Below are positions 24,304-32,910 of a stretch of DNA of 64,000 nt, one piece after another. Numbering within the stretch: position 1 is the first letter of the stretch; the number at the start of each line of letters is the position of its first letter. Position numbers and translations under genes: made by a program. Below the pieces are notes generated by a model that was not told where the DNA came from, made no database searches, and worked only from the letters and a program-made list of their open reading frames with translations. Source of the DNA: Acidimicrobiales bacterium (lineage in GTDB: Bacteria; Actinomycetota; Acidimicrobiia; Acidimicrobiales; Aldehydirespiratoraceae); NCBI GenBank assembly GCA_963422745.1, contig OY730477.1:2232880-2296879 (forward strand), read 5' to 3'.

Positions 24304-25821
24304 TTAGTTGACAACGTTGAGGCTTACTCGCAGGAGATGTTTTTGGACCTTACCCAGAGCCGTTCGTGGCAGCGACGCAACCAGACGTAATTCTTGTGGG
24401 TGTTTGAACCGGGTCAGCCGATCGACGCACCACAATCGTAGATCCTCAATGGTCAAGGACTGTCCTTCGGTTGTAACAACGACGGCTAGGGGCACCTCAC
24501 CCCATTTGTCGTGTGGGTGGGCTATCACCGCGACCTCCGCGATCGCCGGGTGAGCTAACAGCACAGCTTCGACCTCGGCGGGATAGATGTTCTCACCGCC
24601 AGAGATCACGACGTCGGTCAGCCGGTCAGATATGTAACAGAATGCTTCGTCGTCGAGATGGCCGACGTCACCGGTTCGATACCAGCCATCGCTGAATGCT
24701 GCCTGCGTTGCCTGCGGGTTGTTCCAGTAACCGCAGAACAGGTTCGGGCCTCGCAACCAGATCTCGCCGCTCTCCCCGGGCTTGACGTCTCTGCCTTCGC
24801 TGTCGACGACCCGTATCTCGGTGAGCCGAGCAGCTCGTCCACACGAAGTCGGGCGGTCCGCCACCTCGTCATAGCGCAGCACCACCGCGGTCGGTCCCGT
24901 CTCGGTGGCTCCGTAGACCTGGCCGATGGGGATGCCCCGGCGGAGGTAGGACCGGATCAGGCTCTCGGGAACTAGAGACGACCCGGTGCAGATTCCCCGC
25001 AGGCAGGACAGGTCGGTAGTCGAGAACCGTGGCGAAGCCGCGATCGCGGCGAGCATGGCTGGTACCAACAAGGTTTGGGTTGGCCGGTGGCGTTCGATGA
25101 GGTCAAGGACGGTGTCGGGATCGAATCGCCTCATCAGCACAACCTCGGCCCCGACATACAGCGCCGGAAGCGTCTGGATGTTGAGACCGCCGACGTGAAA
25201 TGTCGGCAAACAAGCGAGCACCCGATCGCTCTCGGACAGATCTTGATGCTCGACCCCATTGAGGACCGTGGCCGACACGGCCTTCTGGCTGAGCATCGCA
25301 CCCTTGTGCGCGCCGGTGGTGCCCGAGGTGTAAACCATCAACACCGTGGCATCGGGCGTAACCCGATACTGCGGGATTGCGACGTCGGTCACGGTGAAGG
25401 GTTCGGTATCGAGATCCCGCACTGTTCGCCCGCCCGCCGCTGCGCGAAGAACGGATGCGAAACCGTCGGCGGCTAGGAGCACGCGTGGGTCGCTGTCGGC
25501 GATCTGAGTCGACAACTCGGCTTCGACGAGCCGATTGTTCAGCGGGACCATCATGGCGCCAAGACGGGCACACGCGAACAGGATCTCGAACGTCTCGACT
25601 CGGTTGAGCCCGCAATAAACAACCCGGTCACCGGGCCGCACATCCAGCCGATGAAGAACCGCCGCAGCGACCGCTATCTGATCTGCGAACTCCCGGTAGG
25701 TGATAGCGGTGTCCTCGAAACGAAATGCCACCCGAACACTTGACGCGTGACTGTCGATCCAAGCGTCGATGGTGCGCTCCGGGGATTCACCCATGGCTGA
25801 AGGTCTCAAACTGATCGGCAT
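24304..25821 (-). CDS. AMP-dependent acyl-CoA synthetase/ligase
   Basis: MVYTSGTTGAHKGAMLS (AMP-binding motif I), YGATETG, GWYRTGD. 505 aa. Confidence 0.85.
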   Translation of the reverse strand: MPISLRPSAMGESPERTIDAWIDSHASSVRVAFRFEDTAITYREFADQIAVAAAVLHRLDVRPGDRVVYCGLNRVETFEILFACARLGAMMVPLNNRLVEAELSTQIADSDPRVLLAADGFASVLRAAAGGRTVRDLDTEPFTVTDVAIPQYRVTPDATVLMVYTSGTTGAHKGAMLSQKAVSATVLNGVEHQDLSESDRVLACLPTFHVGGLNIQTLPALYVGAEVVLMRRFDPDTVLDLIERHRPTQTLLVPAMLAAIAASPRFSTTDLSCLRGICTGSSLVPESLIRSYLRRGIPIGQVYGATETGPTAVVLRYDEVADRPTSCGRAARLTEIRVVDSEGRDVKPGESGEIWLRGPNLFCGYWNNPQATQAAFSDGWYRTGDVGHLDDEAFCYISDRLTDVVISGGENIYPAEVEAVLLAHPAIAEVAVIAHPHDKWGEVPLAVVVTTEGQSLTIEDLRLWCVDRLTRFKHPQELRLVASLPRTALGKVQKHLLRVSLNVVN

Positions 25822-26662
25822 CGTGGATGGCGAAGTTCACTATCAGCTCGGCTACTTGCGCCGCCCGGTCCTCAAGTAGGCCGACCGTTGCACCTTCGAC
25901 AACAGCCAAGCGGGCATCAGGCAAACGCTCAGCCAGAGGTTCCAGATCACCGAAAGCGTAGGGATCAGCGGAGGCACCGATGCACAGCGCCGGGGCGACG
26001 ACACGGCCGATCGTCTCCTCCATGCGGTATCGCCCGACCGCGTGGTGGCCTTCTGCTGGGTCTCGAGCAGCGATAGCGTCGTGTACGAAACGTTGCAACA
26101 TGTCGGGTCGCTTCGGCGGGTAGCAGGCCCGGCGGCGGGCCCACAGCTCGCTCAGATGTGTTCCGTCCGGTCGTTGATCCACCGCATCGATCGGTGGTCG
26201 CATGCTTCTTCGTTCCCGGCTAGCGGCGTCAACCCATGGGGTCGACGACAACACAAGCCGGTTGACCCGTTCCGGGTAACGGGCTGCAAGATCGATCGCG
26301 ATCACACCCCCGGTGTGGTGACCAACGACAGAGGTCCGCTCAATGTCCAAGGCGTCGAGCACCATGACGGCGCTGTTGGCATAGTGCTCGATTGATGCCG
26401 GGCCCCGGGGAGGGGCTGACGCGCCCATCCCGGGAGTGTCCATTGCCACTACACGGAAATGAGAAGCGAGCAGGGGGATCAGTTCGCGGTATTCGTCGCA
26501 CGACCTCGGTGTTTGATGCAAGCACAACAGCGCAGGCAGATCCGGGCGGCCAGCTAAAGCGCAGTGGATCTGCCCGTTCGGGGTGTCGACGTAGGCGAAA
26601 CGGTGACCGTCGACAGCACAGATCACATCAGAGTCACAGGATCGGCCGGTTTCAGCCGTCAT
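25787..26662 (-). CDS. alpha/beta hydrolase fold protein with an atypical nucleophile elbow (GHHTGG)
   Basis: LLCLHQTPRSCDEY...VVGHHTGGVIAIDLAARYPERVNRLVLSS. Fold-typical spacing, but His sits where Ser/Asp is expected. Confidence 0.7.
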   Translation of the reverse strand: MTAETGRSCDSDVICAVDGHRFAYVDTPNGQIHCALAGRPDLPALLCLHQTPRSCDEYRELIPLLASHFRVVAMDTPGMGASAPPRGPASIEHYANSAVMVLDALDIERTSVVGHHTGGVIAIDLAARYPERVNRLVLSSTPWVDAASRERRSMRPPIDAVDQRPDGTHLSELWARRRACYPPKRPDMLQRFVHDAIAARDPAEGHHAVGRYRMEETIGRVVAPALCIGASADPYAFGDLEPLAERLPDARLAVVEGATVGLLEDRAAQVAELIVNFAIHDADQFETFSHG

Positions 26663-26705
26663 GTTCGCCGGTTTCAGCCGTCATGTTCGGAGATGAACTC
26701 GACGC
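26585..26705. repeat. 121-bp direct repeat, copy 1 (partner at 28361..28481), flanking the TA-module insertion
   Basis: 118/121 identical by eye. It covers the 5' end of hydrolase 25787..26662 and the last codons (..EFISEHDG*) of hydrolase 28450..29394. It contains an internal 22-bp tandem duplication gccggtttcagccgtcatgttc x2. Confidence 0.9.
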
Positions 26706-27091
26706 AGGCGACGGTGCAGGCATGGCAGCCGATGCAGGATTCTCTGTCGAGCGGGAAGCAGAGACTGCTCACGCGACTCCCCAGCCGAGATCGGTGTCAT
26801 GCACCCACATAGCGACTCATTGTGTCGCCCGACCAGGAGTTCCACAAACGACACCCATGGCCCAAGATCACCGCCGACCACGAACCGGATGCCCGCTCGG
26901 TTAGCTCGGCGATCCTGGCACGGCCGAGCTGGTACATCAGGTTGCGCAACCCGTCGGTGAGCAGGTCATCTTACCGTACGTCCCATACCTCTTGGGAGGT
27001 TGCTGAACATTCTCGTGTAAATACACGGCGAGCACATCAACCAGATGTCGCTCAAATTGGTCCGTGACCTGCGTGATCTCGTGCGCATCGA

Positions 27092-27652
27092 TCAGCCGCT
27101 GAGTTGATGTCTGATTGCCGCAACTGATCTAAGTAGTCCGATGGCTCTCAACCGATCCAATAGCTCATCAAGGGTCGTTGCTGGCTTGGTCAAGGCTCGT
27201 GCCTGTTCTTCGACAACGCTGACGACTCGAGCGGGAGCGAGTTCGAGCACGTGTAAGACAAACTCATCGGGACTTTGAGCCATGATGTCGTAACGCCCGA
27301 TTCGATCGTCCGGGAAGTCCTTGAGGTTGGCCGTGACGATGACCTGTGCGCTCGCTCGGATGGCCGCGGCAAGGACATGGCGATCATCTGCGTCGGGCAG
27401 CTGCAGACTCTCGATCAACGGTTCATGGCCGGTCACTCGGACGTCGGGGATAGCTTGTTCCATCAGTTCTCTCGTGCGTTCCAGACGCCGGGCCAAGCCC
27501 GGTTGGGCGCTGAGGACCGCTCCGAACACTTCGTCAAGAATCTGGTCGGTCCACTTCGCTTGAAACGTACCCGTCTGAGCAAGCCGGATGAGCAGATCGC
27601 GCAACGAAGCGGGGTATAGGACATTCGCGTCGTAGACCGCTACAAACGCCAC
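27092..27652 (-). CDS. PIN domain toxin (PIN_3-type) of a type II toxin-antitoxin pair
   Basis: MAFVAVYDANVLYPASLRDLLIRLA...DADDRHVLAAAIRASAQVIVTANLKDF gives conserved acidic residues in PIN order. Confidence 0.8.
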   Translation of the reverse strand: MAFVAVYDANVLYPASLRDLLIRLAQTGTFQAKWTDQILDEVFGAVLSAQPGLARRLERTRELMEQAIPDVRVTGHEPLIESLQLPDADDRHVLAAAIRASAQVIVTANLKDFPDDRIGRYDIMAQSPDEFVLHVLELAPARVVSVVEEQARALTKPATTLDELLDRLRAIGLLRSVAAIRHQLSG

Positions 27653-27661
27653 GACTCCCCC

Positions 27662-28153
27662 TCAGTAATCGAGTCCGATGTCCTCGGCTTCCTGGGTCAG
27701 CTTGTTCGCGACTTCTCGGCGTCGCGCTTCGTCGTGCTTCTTGTATTCGAGGAGGTGCGTGAGGAGTATCTTGCGACGGTTTCCGACTCGACGGTAAGGG
27801 ATCTGCTCGCCGTCAAGCAGCTTAATGAGGTAAGGCCTGCTGACATTGAGAAGGTCAGCAGCCTGTTGACTCGTAAGCTCGGCGTGTACTGGAGCGACGG
27901 TTACAGCATTGCCGTTTGCCAACTCGGCGAGCACATCGATGAAGAACCGAAACGCTACCGCTGGCACCGTGATGCTGGTAGGTGCCTCCGTGGCGGCCTC
28001 GGCCACCAACCAAACATGGGTCGTGGGCGTCGGGTGGGCGCGCAGGAACGTGGTCAACTGCTCAACGGCGTCCGCGGCCTGTTCTGCGGATTGCTCGTCG
28101 GGAAGCTCAAGATCACGTGTCGCTGCTCTTAGCATGCTGGCTCCCCTTCTCAT
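27662..28153 (-). CDS. HTH (excisionase/MerR-like) antitoxin partner of the PIN toxin
   Basis: LTSQQAADLLNVSRPYLIKLLDGEQIPYRRVGNRRKILLTHLLEYK is an excisionase-type HTH. It lies 9 nt upstream of the PIN gene. ATG 28135 is an alternative start. Confidence 0.7.
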   Translation of the reverse strand: MRRGASMLRAATRDLELPDEQSAEQAADAVEQLTTFLRAHPTPTTHVWLVAEAATEAPTSITVPAVAFRFFIDVLAELANGNAVTVAPVHAELTSQQAADLLNVSRPYLIKLLDGEQIPYRRVGNRRKILLTHLLEYKKHDEARRREVANKLTQEAEDIGLDY

Positions 28154-28360
28154 ATGCGATGTCCACTGGCCATCCTCTAACAGGCTAACAGATTCGCAAT
28201 ATGTGAAACAAGAGGGGTTTTCGCGTTATTTGCAATATATGAATTACAATAGTGTCAGATAGCTGATCGAGGACAGTAACGAGCAGGGCCGCCAGGGCAG
28301 CAACCAGGCAAGAAGACCTAAAGGTGTGGGTCCGCTCTGGCGGCCGTTGTGTCCCGGCTA

Positions 28361-28481
28361 GTCGACGTAGGCAAGACGGTGACCGTCGACAGCACAGATC
28401 ACATCAGAGTCACAGGATCGGCCGGTTTCAGCCGTCATGTTCGCCGGTTTCAGCCGTCATGTTCGGAGATGAACTCAACGC
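28361..28481. repeat. 121-bp direct repeat, copy 2 (partner at 26585..26705)
   Basis: See copy 1. Weaker similarity continues upstream to about 28316, giving a decayed pseudo-5' end of the hydrolase gene. Confidence 0.9.
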
Positions 28482-29394
28482 TGATCGGGTTGTAGAGCTC
28501 CGCGCGTTCATGCTGGGGCCAGTGACCGCACTCGGCGAATAGCTCCAGTCGTGAACCACCGATGGCTTCGTGCATCTCGGTAGCTTCGGGAACCTCGCCG
28601 AAAGGGTTTTCGTTGCCCCACACCACCAGCGTGGGTGCGGTGATCCGGGCCAGGCGGTCCTTGGTCATGAGGTTGCGTGTGCGGATCTCCATGTTCTGCA
28701 GGCACAGCAGGTTGTCGAGGTTTGCCTTGAAGTCGGGGTGGTGGTAGATCGCGTGGCGGATCTCGACCAGTTCCTCGCTCACGTCCTTTTCGCCGTCGAA
28801 CATGAGCAGGTAGAGGCGCTGTCGCGTGAGGTCGATGTCGTCTTCGGTGACCGCCTTCGTGGTCGAGTTCTTGATGCGTTCCATGATCGCTGGGTTGGCC
28901 TTGGTGCCTCCAGCCGCCACCATTTGCAGGCTCTTGACCCGCTCTGGGTGCTCACTGGCCAGCCAACCGGCCACCCAACCTCCGAGGGATTCACCCACGA
29001 GATGCGCCGAGTCGATCCCCTGCGCGTCGAGGTAGGCGAGCAGATGCTCAACATAACGGGGGATCTCGTAGTGGTAGTCGGGTTTGCCGGTGTAGCCATG
29101 ACCGAGCATGTCGATGGCGTGGCATCGAAAACCGGCTTTGACGTGGGGCACGAAGTTGCGGCTGAACGCCTCGAGATGGCCGCTTGTGCCGTGAAGGAAG
29201 ATCACGTCGGATCCCTGCGATGCTCCGGCGGTGAGAGCCCGGGTCGGTACGCCACTGGCGTCGACGAAATCGAGATGTACGGAGATACCGGTGAGGTCGG
29301 TCCAGATCGACACGTTTTTGCTCCTATGTTGTGGAAAGGGTGTTGTGGACGGGATTGTGGGTTGGATTCCTGAGCTGGATTCTGGTGTTGGCAT
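28450..29394 (-). CDS. alpha/beta hydrolase, meta-cleavage-product (C-C bond) hydrolase-like
   Basis: VIFLHGTSGHLEAF...HLVGESLGGWVAGWLA (GxSxG) ...CGHWPQHE. ATG 29394 is chosen to avoid overlap with the upstream LigB-type gene. Confidence 0.75.
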   Translation of the reverse strand: MPTPESSSGIQPTIPSTTPFPQHRSKNVSIWTDLTGISVHLDFVDASGVPTRALTAGASQGSDVIFLHGTSGHLEAFSRNFVPHVKAGFRCHAIDMLGHGYTGKPDYHYEIPRYVEHLLAYLDAQGIDSAHLVGESLGGWVAGWLASEHPERVKSLQMVAAGGTKANPAIMERIKNSTTKAVTEDDIDLTRQRLYLLMFDGEKDVSEELVEIRHAIYHHPDFKANLDNLLCLQNMEIRTRNLMTKDRLARITAPTLVVWGNENPFGEVPEATEMHEAIGGSRLELFAECGHWPQHERAELYNPISVEFISEHDG

Positions 29395-29420
29395 GCAATG
29401 GTGTTGGGCGGAATTTCCGG

Positions 29421-30353
29421 TCACCGGGATTCGAGATGAACGACTGCCATGCCTGTCAACCATTCGGGCATGGGTGCATAGGCGATGCGGCGACCCGGGA
29501 CATGGTCGAGTGCGGCTGCCATCACCAACCAAGCTCTGATCTCGTTGCCGCCATTGCCCGCAACGGCGACAAGCTCGTCGTCGCTGTAAAGCGACGGCAC
29601 GGTTTGTAGCGCTGCGGTTTCGACCAATCTCAAAAAGTGTTCGTCGAAGTCGGTGTTGATCCGCGGTTTTGCCCCGACGACGATCGGGCGGCGGCGAGCT
29701 TCGTAGTGCTCCCAGTTGTCTCGACCGTCTCGGAACGACTCGGCGAGGAATGCTTCGTCGTCGCCTTGCGGCGATCGCCAGTCCGGGAACGGGATCTGGT
29801 GCGACAGCCCGCCCGTCGCGACGACCGCAACACGTCGCTCACCGCGAAGCGCGCTGATCGCGGCCCGCAGTGCTGCGCCCAACTCCAGGCATCGGGCAAG
29901 CCCCGGCAGGGGCGGGGCGAAGACGTTGATGACTACGGGCATCACCGGAAGGCCTTCGGGCACCAAGTACTGCACGGCGTGGGAGATGCCGTGATCGACT
30001 TGGAGTCGGGTCGAAAAGGCGACGTCGAAACTCGAAGCCAGCAGGCTGTGGCAGACGTCTTGAGCGGCTAGCGGGTCGACGGGTTGGGGACCGGTAGGCG
30101 TGCCGTGTTCGCCTGCTGCGATCACCTCGTCGACACCGACAGTGAACGCGGGCATGAGATCAAGCCAGAATCCTCGAAAGTGGTTCGAGCCGACAATCAC
30201 GACAAGGTCGGGCTCGGCTGCTTTCAGTTCGGCCTTGGCTGCTTCGAGTCCGTTTCGGAAGACGTGAGCACGTTCCAGGTGATCGACCTCACCCCAGCGG
30301 GTGTTCATCAGCGTGGTGTGCGAAGCACCCACCCCGGCGACGATCCTGCTCAT
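29421..30353 (-). CDS. class III extradiol dioxygenase (LigB family)
   Basis: AGVGASHTT...VVIVGSNHF...QVDHGISHAVQYL...VVATGGLSHQ is the LigB/MhpB-type pattern. Confidence 0.8.
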   Translation of the reverse strand: MSRIVAGVGASHTTLMNTRWGEVDHLERAHVFRNGLEAAKAELKAAEPDLVVIVGSNHFRGFWLDLMPAFTVGVDEVIAAGEHGTPTGPQPVDPLAAQDVCHSLLASSFDVAFSTRLQVDHGISHAVQYLVPEGLPVMPVVINVFAPPLPGLARCLELGAALRAAISALRGERRVAVVATGGLSHQIPFPDWRSPQGDDEAFLAESFRDGRDNWEHYEARRRPIVVGAKPRINTDFDEHFLRLVETAALQTVPSLYSDDELVAVAGNGGNEIRAWLVMAAALDHVPGRRIAYAPMPEWLTGMAVVHLESR

Positions 30354-31663
30354 TGCGCCGTCCCGCAGATGTCGACCGCCACCCGGATCAGCAGGCGAGT
30401 GAGACGTTGCATGTCGCGGACGTCAACCGCGTTCATACCAAGCTGGAAATCGATTACATCATGGGTCGCCAGCCGTTGCGGCGAGATCTTGGGCAGGCCG
30501 ACCCGGGCGGTAGGCACGCCCCGAGCGCGCAGAATGTTGGCGTCGGTGGCACCGGAGAGACCGCCGATGGTTTGGTGCGTCCGGCCGTTTAGTTGCTCCC
30601 AGCAGCGGATCGCTGATCGGATCACTGCGGCGTCGCTGCGGGTGGTGGTTCCGGGAATGGCCACAGTTCGCCGCCAGGAAACCTCCGCGCCGATCTCGTC
30701 GGCTAGGCGTTGCAGTTGATTACCGAAAGCGGTTTCGGCTTCGCCGACCGTGGTGCGTGGGTGCAGTCGCAGGTCGACACGGAAGCGACACGAGGCGGTG
30801 GTAAATGCCGCGGTGTGAGGCGACCCTCCTTCGATGCTGGCTACTACACCTTGGGGGGCGTGCAGGTGGTCGCGGTGGGCTTCGGTCCAGGTCGGGAACC
30901 AGGCTTCCAGTCCGGCGATGATCCGCCCTGCGTCGGCGACCGCGTTGCGGTACGGGAGCAGGTGGCGGCTGCCCACATATGTGTGTGTCCCTGAGACCTC
31001 GACCTCGAACCAGCAGAGGCCGACCTCGGCTGCTGAGACGGCCCAGCCGGTCTTGGCTATGACCGCATGGGTGGGTTCGCACAGGTCGATGAGTCGGTCA
31101 CAGCCCGCTCCGTGGCCGTCGGCCAGGCCGCTGGCCCTGCTGTTGGTCGGCATTCCACCGGCTCCGAAACCGACCAACAGGTCGCCGCTGAGACGAGCAC
31201 CGCAGCCAGCCAATGCCTCGGCCGCGGCAAGTACGCAGGCCGCGTGGCCTTTGGGGTTCTGTGCCCCCAGACCGAGAACCGCCGGGCCGACGATCCTGGA
31301 TTCGGGTCGCATGTCGGGCCGAAGCTCAGGGCCAGCCCAGGGAATGTCATCGGCTTGGCGTCCGACGGTCACCGTGTCGATCGGGGAATACAAAAGCAGC
31401 GAGGGCCCGTCTGCGTGCCCCGCCAGGCGGCCGTGGGCGTTGTGCATGGTTGCATCAACCGCCTGCACCGCACCGCACAACCCCGCCCGCGTCATCTCGG
31501 CGGCCAGAGCCCGGGCCAGCTCGGCTTCCTCACCGGTTGGGGAGGCGATGTCAACGATCGCCGAGCAGATCTCGGTCAACCGGCGATCCGTAACGGCGGC
31601 CTCCGCAGCGGCGATTACAGCCTCGCCAGCGACATCGGCAGCCACGACGGCAGTTTCAGCCAT
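30350..31663 (-). CDS. M20/ArgE/DapE-like amidohydrolase family protein (tentative)
   Basis: IASPTGEEAELARALAAEM...LLLYSPIDTV resembles the M20 N-terminus, but the usual HxD is SPID here. 437 aa. Confidence 0.4.
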   Translation of the reverse strand: MAETAVVAADVAGEAVIAAAEAAVTDRRLTEICSAIVDIASPTGEEAELARALAAEMTRAGLCGAVQAVDATMHNAHGRLAGHADGPSLLLYSPIDTVTVGRQADDIPWAGPELRPDMRPESRIVGPAVLGLGAQNPKGHAACVLAAAEALAGCGARLSGDLLVGFGAGGMPTNSRASGLADGHGAGCDRLIDLCEPTHAVIAKTGWAVSAAEVGLCWFEVEVSGTHTYVGSRHLLPYRNAVADAGRIIAGLEAWFPTWTEAHRDHLHAPQGVVASIEGGSPHTAAFTTASCRFRVDLRLHPRTTVGEAETAFGNQLQRLADEIGAEVSWRRTVAIPGTTTRSDAAVIRSAIRCWEQLNGRTHQTIGGLSGATDANILRARGVPTARVGLPKISPQRLATHDVIDFQLGMNAVDVRDMQRLTRLLIRVAVDICGTAQ

Positions 31664-31768
31664 CGGGGCTACCCACCCAAGTCCCTGTGAACCTCATCAG
31701 CAGGTGGATGAGATGCTTGCGAGAGGTCCAGACCACGGCGATCAGCGCCAGCACTGTGGCTAGCTTGA

Positions 31769-32650
31769 TCACGTCGTGTCCCTGGGTTGTTGATCCAAAA
31801 AACCGCGCACCACCGAATGGAAGTGCGCAGGGCGTTCCTCTTGAAGGTGATGGCCAGCTTTGTCCATTACGTACAGCTGGCCGTGTTCGATCATGCGGGC
31901 CAGCATGAGGGGGTAATCAGGGGTCAAGAAGGCGTCATACATGCCCCAGGCGAAAAGAACCGGGCAGCGGATACGGCCCAGCTCGTGGGTCAGGTCCTGC
32001 CATTGCCCTCTGGGGTTGTCGGATCGGGCGGCCAGCTCCATCTCGGTGGGGTCTATCGACTGCCGAAAACGCATCGCTACGGTGGCCGCGGGGATCTCAG
32101 CCTCGTCGTACCATTCAAGGTCGGCCATCAGCTGGCGCATCTTTTCAAGCGTCGGCCCGTCTTGTTGTGTTGTTCCGTAGTAGCGATCCCGCGCCTTGCG
32201 ACCGCGGCGAGCGCCTTCGGGTAGCGGAGCCAACGGGCCGTAGAACACCGGCATTGACCCGGTGACCACCGCGGATCGGACTCGGTGCCCGTGGTTCGCT
32301 GCCAGGGCGAGGGCGATGCTGCCGCCCCAACTGTTGCAGACGAAGTCGGCGCGCTTCACCTCTAAGGCGTCCATCAAGTCGCACATGGTCCCGGCGTGAA
32401 AATCCCACATCGGGCCACTGATCGTGCACTTCTGCGACTTGCCGTACTGCAACAGATCCACCAGATAGCACTTCCGGTCCCGGGCGAACAACGGAGCTAT
32501 CGGGCCGAAATCGGTCCAGGCGGTGCATCCTGGCCCTCCTCCGTGGAGAAAGAACGTCGGCCGCCCCTCCCCCATCTCGATCACGTGATACTCCAAACCA
32601 GCGGCGTCCACGATGCGGCCCGGCGGTTCGGATGCGACGTCGAACACCAT
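31769..32650 (-). CDS. alpha/beta hydrolase (BphD/MhpC-like)
   Basis: FFLHGGGPGCTAWTDF...FVCNSWGGSIALALA...KAGHHLQEE. Confidence 0.75.
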   Translation of the reverse strand: MVFDVASEPPGRIVDAAGLEYHVIEMGEGRPTFFLHGGGPGCTAWTDFGPIAPLFARDRKCYLVDLLQYGKSQKCTISGPMWDFHAGTMCDLMDALEVKRADFVCNSWGGSIALALAANHGHRVRSAVVTGSMPVFYGPLAPLPEGARRGRKARDRYYGTTQQDGPTLEKMRQLMADLEWYDEAEIPAATVAMRFRQSIDPTEMELAARSDNPRGQWQDLTHELGRIRCPVLFAWGMYDAFLTPDYPLMLARMIEHGQLYVMDKAGHHLQEERPAHFHSVVRGFLDQQPRDTT

Positions 32651-32910
32651 CAGGTATCGGTTCTGGGCGCTTGGGTCGCGTCCGGGATGATCGCGTCGTC
32701 GGCCAACAACTCGCTGCCCCGGCCCTCGGCGAACAACTCACCACCCCGGTCGTCGGCCAACAACACACGGCCCCGGTCGTCGGCCAACAACTCACGGCCC
32801 CGGTCGTCGGCCAACAACTCACGGCCCCGGTCGTCGGCAAGCAACTCGCTGCCCCGGTGGTCGGCAAGCAACTCGCGGCCCGGCGGTTCGGAGGCGACGA
32901 CGAACACCAT
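32650..32910 (-). CDS. 86-aa chimeric repeat ORF created by a junction duplication (coding status doubtful)
   Basis: MVFVVASEPPG (a copy of the start of hydrolase 31769..32650), then seven nonapeptide units (RELLADDRG), then DDAIIPDATQAPRTDT* (a copy of the Rieske oxygenase C-terminus). TGATG overlaps occur at both ends, identical to each other. Confidence 0.3.
   Translation of the reverse strand: MVFVVASEPPGRELLADHRGSELLADDRGRELLADDRGRELLADDRGRVLLADDRGGELFAEGRGSELLADDAIIPDATQAPRTDT
32695..32885 (-). repeat. 27-bp tandem repeat, about 7 units (nonapeptide ELLADDRGR)
   Basis: The ggc[c/a]a[a/g]caa[c]tc motif recurs at 32701, 32728, 32755, 32782, 32809, 32836 and 32863. Three more units at about 32945..33030 form the tail of ORF 32910..34277. 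Confidence 0.9.

Noticed and set aside
26706-27091. About 390 bp next to the PIN gene with short ORFs (26681..26881, 26822..27067) as possible extra cargo genes
   Set aside because: No motif-bearing frame is present. Fragments such as LRNLMYQLGRARIAELTERA are too short to assign, so this is probably decayed sequence.
32695-32885. 27-bp tandem repeats as a possible CRISPR array
   Set aside because: The units are contiguous with no spacers, are in-frame nonapeptide codons, and continue the C-terminal tail of the adjacent Rieske oxygenase gene.
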